Shown here piece by piece: positions 57,189 through 64,000 of a stretch of DNA of 64,000 nt. Source of the DNA: an uncultured delta proteobacterium (GTDB lineage: Bacteria > Myxococcota_A > Polyangia > Fen-1088); NCBI GenBank assembly GCA_963796685.1, contig CAWCMR010000008.1, forward strand, positions 160,001-224,000, in the 5' to 3' direction. Position 1 is the stretch's first letter; every line of letters starts with the position of its first letter. The notes under the pieces were generated by a model. It was not told the origin of the DNA and ran no database searches. It was given only the letters and a program-made list of their open reading frames with translations. The position numbers and the translations under genes were made by a program.

Positions 57189-57473
57189 CTAAACGCGTCC
57201 TTCGCGCTCGATGAACTGGAGAAGGGCGCGGCCCTTGTCGCGGACGCGCTTCTTGAGCTCGGCGTGCAGCCGGCGCTCCTTCCAAAGCTCCTCGGTGATT
57301 TGCAGGGCAGTCAAGATGGCAAGAGATTGGGTGTCTGCGGCGCGCGTCTGTTTCTGCAGATCGCGCAAATGCTTGTCGACGTGGGCGGCCATCTCGCGCA
57401 CCACGCGCTCGTCCTCGTCGCTGCGCAGGGTGAAGCGGTGGCCGGCAATGCTGACGCTGACTGGGGTCTTCAT
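57189..57473 (-). CDS. zapA: Cell division protein ZapA
   Basis: V.V.I.G..F.L.......VR..A..VD......AIL.AL.I..EL coiled coil. Confidence 0.88.
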   Translation of the reverse strand: MKTPVSVSIAGHRFTLRSDEDERVVREMAAHVDKHLRDLQKQTRAADTQSLAILTALQITEELWKERRLHAELKKRVRDKGRALLQFIEREGRV

Positions 57474-57556
57474 GCAATCCCTCGGGCGCCGACTTTACCC
57501 CGTGCCCAGCCCTGCGTCTCCCCCGTTCCACGGGCACCGGGGTTTCACGACGGGAG

Positions 57557-57578
57557 TCAACCCGTTCGGTTGCTCTAG
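57557..57578. repeat. Solo copy of the MITE terminal inverted repeat
   Basis: tcaacccgttcggttgctctag differs from the 15940-15960 TIR by one extra base and overlaps the PilZ gene's TAG. Confidence 0.65.
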
Positions 57579-58060
57579 GCTTCGCCGCCCGGAGGATCGG
57601 CATAGGCACCGCCCGCCAGCGCGGACAGCCCCAGCGAAGACAAGACCATCCGGTCTTCGAGACTGACGTCGATGAACTTGATCCCCATGCCACCTACGTT
57701 GGGTGTGTCGTTGACCCAGCGAACCTCCCCACGCAGCTCCAGCGGATGGCTGCGCCAAGGAATATCGAGCCAGACGCGCACGGTTTCGCCCGTGCCGTCG
57801 AGGTAGTCCGAGCAGAAGAAGAGCCCGTCCGCGCTCACGTCGGTTACCACCCCCTCGGCGACCAGGCTATCACTGACGTACTTGGCCACGATTTCCACCT
57901 TCATGCGAGCGGAGCGCCTCAACTCTTTCGGTTTCTCGAGATATGGCAGCATGGGGGGAAATCTCCAGGGATCGAGCGGACATTCAACTGTATCGGCCGT
58001 CGTGTCAACTTCTGTAAAATCAACCCTACCTTGTTCGGGGGCGATGGCTAATTCCTTCAC
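57575..58060 (-). CDS. PilZ-domain protein
   Basis: RRSAR, DVSADG.F, GEVRW.......GMGI.F. Confidence 0.88.
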   Translation of the reverse strand: MKELAIAPEQGRVDFTEVDTTADTVECPLDPWRFPPMLPYLEKPKELRRSARMKVEIVAKYVSDSLVAEGVVTDVSADGLFFCSDYLDGTGETVRVWLDIPWRSHPLELRGEVRWVNDTPNVGGMGIKFIDVSLEDRMVLSSLGLSALAGGAYADPPGGEA

Positions 58061-58203
58061 AGCGCACCGCGCTGCGAGGATCCCGGCGCCTTACACGTTG
58101 GAGGCAGTGGGCGAAGGATTTTTTCCTTCTGAAAGTCGCGACCCGTGCTACAACAACCCGCCCGGTCATCCGGCCGGGCGTTTCCTAGCTTTTCCGCACA
58201 TCC

Positions 58204-58276
58204 GGGCCCATAGCTCAATTGGTAGAGCTGCGGACTTTTAATCCGTAGGTCGCAGGTTCAATTCCTGCTGGGCCCA
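58204..58276 (+). tRNA. tRNA-Lys(UUU)
   Basis: GGGCCCA/TGGGCCC acceptor, GCGGA-CTTTTAA-TCCGT anticodon arm, GGTTCAATTCC T-loop. Confidence 0.96.
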
Positions 58277-58307
58277 CAGCCCCGAACCTACGCGAAAAAC
58301 CGAATAA

Positions 58308-58382
58308 GACCCTATCGTCTAGTCCGGCCCAGGACAATGGCCCTTCAAGCCATGAACACGGGTTCGAATCCCGTTGGGGTCG
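58308..58382 (+). tRNA. tRNA-Glu(UUC)
   Basis: GACCCTA/TGGGGTC acceptor, ATGGC-CCTTCAA-GCCAT anticodon arm, GGTTCGAATCC; C at position 33. Confidence 0.92.
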
Positions 58383-58500
58383 CTATCTACCTGGCTGATT
58401 TTACTCAGCTTCGTCTCTTCCGTCTGCCTTTGCTGCCACCTGGCTGCCACGGACGTCGGCGTTTCGAGCGTCGCGATGAGTTCACCAAGCCCAATCGAGC

Positions 58501-59515
58501 TCAAGGACACGCGATCATCGCAGGGCAAGAATGGGATTCGTCCAACCGCTCCCAATATCCATGGATGCACGCCATCGACGGACCGAGCGAGAAACCACGA
58601 GAGCATCCGTCGGCGTAGATGCACCAAAGGCCTTCGAGGCTGCAGCCGTCGCCGGAAAGGGGTCGCTGCATGGGACACGCATTGCCACCATCGGGTGCCT
58701 GGCGAGAGACATATGCGGTCGCATATCCCGGAGCGATGCAGCTGGCACGCGAGCGCGGACGACACCGAGCCGCAGTTGCACAGGCCTTCGGGGTAGTTGC
58801 AAAAGAACGCGTCGCGCGGCGCGCAATAGCCGGCATCGATAATGCCCCCGGACGTCGCGTCTGCAGCATCGTAGGACGCTGGGCAACCGGCTGGATTCGG
58901 GTCGCAGCCAACGCTCGGGTAAGTTTGAAAATGATAGGAACCGTCGGTTTGCAGCGCACAGGCAGTGCTCTGCGTGCAGCGGCCGAGCGCATCGCCTCCG
59001 TATTCGCACTCGAGGGGCCCCGCACTTGCGTCGCAGGCTGTGCCTGCGTTGGAAAGGGTGGTTGGACAGCGCGGGTCACGCGCCTGCGAGCTCACGGCTC
59101 CAGCAGCGGTCGATCGCTGGGGCGCGGTGCCGATCGCCGTCCCGTCGGGGGCGAGCAGGTAGTCATCGACGACGGTGTACATGCCGAGCGTGACCCCTGG
59201 ATTTCCGTACAGGTGCACCGTGATGAGAGTCAACGTCGAACCGTTTGCGGTATACGGGGTGCTGCCGTCCCAGGCGCTCAATTGGGAGATGCTGAGAGCC
59301 TGCGGGACCAGGGGTCCGTACGTACCCCCGCCGCTGCCCCCGCCTGCTTGAAATCCCTGCTGGAACATATCACCGGTCACGGTGACCTCGGCGCTCACGA
59401 CATCACCAGGATTGCCGAAGCCGAGGTTGAACAGTGACGGCGGGAGGGGGCCATAGAGCCCCAGTGTCGCCCAGCGGACCGTCACCCTGTTATTGTTCGA
59501 CTCAAATGGGCTCAC
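58501..59515 (-). CDS. Cys-rich myxobacterial extracellular protein (frameshift at about 58742; possibly 5'-truncated)
   Basis: Two CP....G..C....L.C.Y...C units and DAG motifs; two frames join at ACSCIAP; no signal peptide visible. Confidence 0.55.
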
Positions 59516-59539
59516 CCGGCTGGGTCTGTCCTATTTAGG

Positions 59540-59978
59540 TGTAGTCAGGAGGATTCTCGGTTTCGGACGAACAAACCAGAGAAGCCAGCGATTCATTGTG
59601 CGCGGGTTCGGTGGCCAGGGTCGTCCATGTACCGTCGCCCCATTTGCGGAGGGTCCAGGTGTTGCAATCTTAGCGCGCGCCGGTGACGACCTCGGGGTGC
59701 CCATCCCGGAGGCACAGATTGAGCGCCGATTCGGACAAGTCCACACCGATGCGCTTCTTCTCGCCTTCCCTGATGCTCGATACCTCCCCGGCGTCGGAAA
59801 GCAACCAAAGTCGTCCCTCGGCGAACACCGCACGGCTAAGTGAGTTCTCTTGGCCGGGCCGCTTGGGTTCCATCGCGAGCGAATCGATAGACACAAGGCT
59901 GAGGTAGAGGCCAAGTAGCCAGGCGACGTCCAAAGCGATAGGTCTGCGCATGCTCAACGGACAACTCACGCGCCGCAA
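59540..59978 (-). pseudogene. Degraded secreted-protein gene fragment
   Basis: Signal-like N-terminus and beta-propeller-like strands; in-frame TAA at 59670-59672 with coding-like sequence continuing (DCNTWTLRKWGDGTW...). Confidence 0.5.
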
Positions 59979-60037
59979 AGTTCCGTCGGGTCATGGTCAA
60001 ACGCCCTTTCAGGTCCTTGGCCATATGGGCTGACGGT

Positions 60038-60580
60038 CTACGCTTTCTTCATCCCCGCCGCCAGCTTCACGGCCTCCGCCACGCCCTTCTCCTTGGCGGC
60101 TGCCTTGACCTTCGCCCGGTCCGCGCCCTTGAGCGTCTTCAACGCACCCAGGTACTGCCCTTGCAGCTTCCTTGCCCGCGCCACCTTGGGCGTGGCCGCC
60201 TTCTTGGTCTTCTTCACCGCCGCCGGCTTTGAGGAACTCGCAGGCTTACCCTTGCGCTCGGCCCGGTACATCTTGATCTTGGACTTGGCCACGTTCCTGT
60301 GGTCCTTGCAGACCATGCCGAAGACTGGTGCTGCCACGTTCTTGCAGCCGGGGACTGGGCATAGCTGCTTTGGCCTCGTCTTCTTTCCGGCCGATCTAGC
60401 CGCCACTGGCGCCACAGCCGCCACAGCCTTCGTAGCCGGTCTACCTGGCCCGCGCTTCTGCGGCGCCCCGAGGGCCCCTGCGATGGCAGCTTCGAGTCGG
60501 TCAACCATGGATGATTCCATGGCAGCGGCGATCTGACTGACGAAGGACTCGACGAGGGTGGTGATGTTCATCTCGGGCAT
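60038..60580 (-). CDS. Basic Lys/Ala-rich putative DNA-binding protein (AT-hook + C3H zinc-finger-like motif)
   Basis: KRGPGRP, CPVPGC-x11-CKDH, histone-H1-like KKAA tract, ARKLQGQYLG...KGV..A; AGGAG RBS. Confidence 0.8.
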   Translation of the reverse strand: MPEMNITTLVESFVSQIAAAMESSMVDRLEAAIAGALGAPQKRGPGRPATKAVAAVAPVAARSAGKKTRPKQLCPVPGCKNVAAPVFGMVCKDHRNVAKSKIKMYRAERKGKPASSSKPAAVKKTKKAATPKVARARKLQGQYLGALKTLKGADRAKVKAAAKEKGVAEAVKLAAGMKKA

Positions 60581-60746
60581 TGGTACTCCTGGGTGTTGTT
60601 TCCGGCCTATGCTACGGGGCTTGGGCGAGATGGGCAATGGATCATTGCGGCGATGGATGAGGTGGCGCCCGGCCGGCACTTCGTAGACTGGCGAAGCCGG
60701 AATGAGACTATCCAACAGCTCTCGGCAAGCGCTCAGGAAGGAATTG

Positions 60747-61070
60747 CTAGTCGCAAAATATGCCGCCAAGACCGGGAGTCGGTTCGCAGAGAGCATTGGG
60801 GTTCCTGCATTGGGAATTGCACCACACAATACCCTTGAGATTCGCGGTCCACGGCCATGAGGTAGTGTCAAGCGGCACGTCATTCAGGTCTCCAAGATCG
60901 CAATCTTCGTCTCGGTCTACGATGCCATCGCCGCAGCAGCGTGGTGAAGTTGGGCCGCCTCCATCTGCAGAAGGGTCAGATGTTTCAAGTGAAACGCCGT
61001 CTGACCAAACGCCAGTGCAGACCATCGGAGGCACACCTGCATCTGCCGCAGATTTCTTCTGGGACCTACC
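60747..61070 (-). pseudogene. 5'-truncated Myxococcales Cys-rich-repeat gene fragment
   Basis: CGDGIVD..EDCDLG..N...C...C motif; the frame starts right after the neighbouring gene's TAG, with no signal peptide. Confidence 0.55.
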
Positions 61071-61802
61071 CTAGAAATCCACCACCAGCCGGTCCAGGAA
61101 TTCGGGATTGAGTTCTTCGACCGCGTATCCGAACGGATTACACCGCACGGTGGTCTCCCCGATTTGAACACGCACGGAGGCGTGCGAGTGACCGTGCAAC
61201 CAAAGGCGCGGCCGGTGTTCCATGATCTGCCCGGTGAGGTCGCACACGAAGAACGGGTTGAGGGGATGCCCCTGGAATCTGGGTGCGACGCAGCGATGAG
61301 ACGGCAGGTAGTGGGTGACGACGATGTCGCCGGGGTGTAGCTGCCGCTCGAAGAAGGCAACGGCCTTGGCATTCTCCTCGTACACCCAGGACTCGAAGTC
61401 CTCGATGGCGGAGAAATCGTTCATCGCATGCTTGAGCCTTTCATCGACCGTGGAGCGCGGGAACCACAGCGTCGCTCCCAAGAAGGTGAATCCATGAAGT
61501 TGGATACCCGAGCTGTCGAGCCAGACGAGATTGGGGTTCTCGGCCTGCGCACGCTTCGTGATATCGATCACCGAGGTGCGGCCCGAGCCGTAGAACTCAT
61601 GGTTGCCGTGGACGTACACCACGGAGGCGTCGCAAAATCTCCCGCACAGCAGCGCGAGCGCAGGCTGAAGTCCTTCCCCGACGGCGATGTCACCCGCGAG
61701 CACCAGCACGTCTATGCCGGTTGGGTCGAGCGAGTCCACGAACGAGCGCCCGTTGTCCCGGTGAAACTCAAAGTGCAGGTCGGAGAGGAGCTGGAGGCAC
61801 AT
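61071..61802 (-). CDS. Calcineurin-like metallophosphoesterase
   Basis: SDLH, AGD, GNHE, VVTH, HGHSH, NP.GY. Confidence 0.93.
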   Translation of the reverse strand: MCLQLLSDLHFEFHRDNGRSFVDSLDPTGIDVLVLAGDIAVGEGLQPALALLCGRFCDASVVYVHGNHEFYGSGRTSVIDITKRAQAENPNLVWLDSSGIQLHGFTFLGATLWFPRSTVDERLKHAMNDFSAIEDFESWVYEENAKAVAFFERQLHPGDIVVTHYLPSHRCVAPRFQGHPLNPFFVCDLTGQIMEHRPRLWLHGHSHASVRVQIGETTVRCNPFGYAVEELNPEFLDRLVVDF

Positions 61803-62063
61803 GGTTCACAGGATGCATAGGCTTGCGGCGGCCGTCCACCAAGGTAGCAGACGATGCCCCGGACCGCCGGGCAGCCGTCGAGAAGTTGCACGCTATTCAC
61901 ATTGAACAGACCTGTGAGTTGCACGGACGGACGGACATCGTGACTGTGCACTTCTTGTAGGAAGACGTAACGAACCCTCCTCCATCGAACGGCATCCCAT
62001 GGACGTAGCTTAGATAACTTAGAGGTGGCGGTGGTCCAAGGGCGGGCAATTGAAAACGAGAAA

Positions 62064-62189
62064 CGGGAGAGCGGCGTTCGGTTGCCAGGAGTGGTTGCGC
62101 TCCTGGCTCCGCTGAGGCCGGGCAGGTCGAGCGAGGACGTTGGGTGGCGGCCTGAAGCCAAGCGGCGTAAGCCGACCGTCGCTCTCCCG
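62064..62189 (+). ncRNA. Candidate structured RNA (unassigned)
   Basis: About 20-bp closing stem, a 10-bp hairpin and a third arm; G-U wobbles all favour the + strand. Confidence 0.35.
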
Positions 62190-62311
62190 GTGGGTTCCAT
62201 CCCTCGGGCCGTTGGCGGCCACAAGAAGAGCATCGTCGGCAGATGCGCGCCGGAAAAGGGTCGCTCAACTTTCGGTCTTCAACCTCCGCCCACCTGCTCT
62301 AGAAACGCGCC

Positions 62312-62671
62312 ATGAGCATGATGGCCTTCCAGCTCCTCTTTCCCGAGGAGGCGAAGAACGAGACCCGAGCAGTCACGCCAGTCTTTCCCGGCAAGGTGAC
62401 GGGGCATCGCTACCTGCTCATGGAATTCTACTGCGTCGACCCAGGATGCGGCTGCCGTCGAGTCATGATCGACGTCGTCGACACGGAAACCGACAGGCAT
62501 GTGGCCACCATCAACCATGCCTTCGAGCCACCCAAGCCGCCGTTCGAGGATAAAGGCCAAACATTCCTCGACCCGATGAACCCGCCGTCCGCGCTGTCGA
62601 ACGGCCTCCTCGACATGTTCACGAAGATGGTCGCCAACGACGAGGAGTATCGGCAGCGCGTATTCCAGTAG
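62312..62671 (+). CDS. Hypothetical protein with a YC..P.C.CRRV metal-binding motif (possibly truncated)
   Basis: EFYCVDPGCGCRRV...ATIN..F...FLDP.NP.S motif, recalled from SEC-C-associated proteins; ends abruptly. Confidence 0.65.
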   Translation: MSMMAFQLLFPEEAKNETRAVTPVFPGKVTGHRYLLMEFYCVDPGCGCRRVMIDVVDTETDRHVATINHAFEPPKPPFEDKGQTFLDPMNPPSALSNGLLDMFTKMVANDEEYRQRVFQ

Positions 62672-62695
62672 ACGGAACAGGGCGTCGCAGGATGG

Positions 62696-64000
62696 TCAGG
62701 GCGCGCTCACGACCTTGAGCATGACGACGGTGTGACTTGCGACATTGCTCGCCGTGTAGGAGTCCGTGAATGAGCCGAGATCTTTCGCCGCCCAAAGATC
62801 GCGGACCGTGGCTGCACCCGCGGGAAGGCCGATCTGGCTCCACTGAACGGCTATGGATGCGCTTCCGGTGCCGCGATTGAACAGCGCCACCGCTCGCGTG
62901 TTGGTCTCCGTCATCTCCTTCGACCAAACCTCCAGGTTCGATCCCGGCGTGGCCACCACGCGACCTTGTTTGCCGAGCGGGTCTTGATCGACGGCGATGA
63001 CCTCGGCGTTCATGAGCGTCGCCTTCGTCGTCGCGGTCATCTTGGTCAGGTCGTTGCCCGTGATGAGCGGTGACGCCATGATCGCCCACATGCTGAAATG
63101 GGCGCGTCCTTCCGTGTCGCTCAGGCCATTGCCGACCTCCAGCATGTCGGGATCGTTCCAGTGTCCTGGCCCGGCACCGACTTCCTGGCCCTTGTTCGCG
63201 TCGATGAGCCGGGTGACATCGGCCCAAGTTGCGGAGATGTCGAACCCGATGCGCCACATGTTTGCAGTCGTGGGCAGGTTGAGCGAGCAGCTCGTCGGCG
63301 TGCAGAACGGGCCCTGGTCTGCCGGATTGATGCTGTAGAAGATGGGACGCCCGGTTGCCTTGAGTGCGTCGCGCATCGTCGCGAACGCACTCAGCTGACC
63401 TTGGCACTTGTCGTACTTCAGATAGTCCACACCCCAGGTGGCGAAGCTTTGCGCGTCGGCGGTTTCATGACCGACGCTGCCCACGCCGCCGGTGTAACCG
63501 CCGTAGAGGCCGGCGCAGGTCTTGGTGTTGGGCGTTGAATAGATACCAAGCTTGAGGCCCTTGCCGTGAACGTAGGTAGCGAGCGAGGCGATTCCCGAGG
63601 GGAACTTGCTCGCGCTCGCCTTCAGATTGCCGCTGGAATCGCGCCCATCCATCCAGCAGTCGTCGAGATTGACATACTGGTAGCCGACGTCCTTCATGCC
63701 GGTGGTGATGAAGGCATCTGCCATGCTCTTGACCACGGTTTCATTGAGGCCGCTGCAATTGAACGCATTCCACGAGTTCCAGCCCATGGGGGGAGTCGCC
63801 CCAACCATGGTCGAGCCCCCTGTACCTCCGGTCGTGCCTGCATCCGACGAGGATAGGCCGCCTGAACCTGTCGCACCCCCGGTGCGCGCACCGCCATTGC
63901 CCGTCGCACCGCCTGAAGCAGCTCCACCCGTGCCGGTGGCACCACCCGAAGAAGCTCCACCATTTCCCGTTGAGCCTCCTCGGCTCGTGGCGCCGCCCGT
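62696..64000 (-). CDS. GH27 alpha-galactosidase with an N-terminal Gly/Thr/Ser linker (5' end outside the window)
   Basis: TPPMGWNSWN, YVNLDDCW, DYLKYD.C, WNDPDMLEVGN, DQDPLG.QG; the frame stays open through 64000 (TGGA.. linker). Confidence 0.95.
   Translation of the reverse strand, partial: TGGATSRGGSTGNGGASSGGATGTGGAASGGATGNGGARTGGATGSGGLSSSDAGTTGGTGGSTMVGATPPMGWNSWNAFNCSGLNETVVKSMADAFITTGMKDVGYQYVNLDDCWMDGRDSSGNLKASASKFPSGIASLATYVHGKGLKLGIYSTPNTKTCAGLYGGYTGGVGSVGHETADAQSFATWGVDYLKYDKCQGQLSAFATMRDALKATGRPIFYSINPADQGPFCTPTSCSLNLPTTANMWRIGFDISATWADVTRLIDANKGQEVGAGPGHWNDPDMLEVGNGLSDTEGRAHFSMWAIMASPLITGNDLTKMTATTKATLMNAEVIAVDQDPLGKQGRVVATPGSNLEVWSKEMTETNTRAVALFNRGTGSASIAVQWSQIGLPAGAATVRDLWAAKDLGSFTDSYTASNVASHTVVMLKVVSAP

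Noticed and set aside
62109-62165. Hammerhead ribozyme (CUGA...GAA)
   Set aside because: The core lacks CUGANGA and GAAA with the required spacing.
58383-64000. Prophage or ICE at tRNA-Glu
   Set aside because: No integrase, phage or conjugation genes, and no att duplication visible in the window.
63809-64000. Repetitive GGxTG-coding DNA
   Set aside because: An ordinary Gly/Thr/Ser linker of a myxobacterial secreted glycoside hydrolase.

Overview
High-GC chromosomal segment from a myxobacterium, probably Myxococcota/Polyangia. This rests on a MYXO-CTERM motif, Gly/Thr/Ser-rich lipoprotein linkers, Cys-rich repeats, a membrane Ser/Thr kinase and sigma-54-like promoters. Most genes are core or envelope functions: a TamA(L)/TamB cluster plus a second TamB-like gene, RNase II, OmpA, rmuC, a ParE-type toxin-antitoxin pair, GH3, metF, a topoisomerase IV-type parC-parE pair, an L,D-transpeptidase, DUF882, ettA, two GT-C glycosyltransferases, etfBA, MoxR-DUF58-transglutaminase, truA, plsC, pssA, M23, zapA and PilZ. 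These are followed by tRNA-Lys and tRNA-Glu, a stretch of gene fragments, and a GH27 gene that runs off the end. Four observations stand out. (1) One ORF (49992-52103) looks like a polyprotein: a surface domain with an internal MYXO-CTERM, then a second signal peptide and an outer-membrane beta-barrel. (2) About ten frameshifts fall almost only at GATC or AGCT motifs, probably a methylation-driven long-read error fingerprint rather than real pseudogenes. (3) A nested REP/MITE family includes a 252-bp element with perfect 22-bp terminal inverted repeats (TIRs) whose CTAG ends coincide with TAG stop codons. (4) A candidate 126-nt structured RNA lies in the tRNA-adjacent accessory region. All family calls come from motif recognition by eye; no searches were run.
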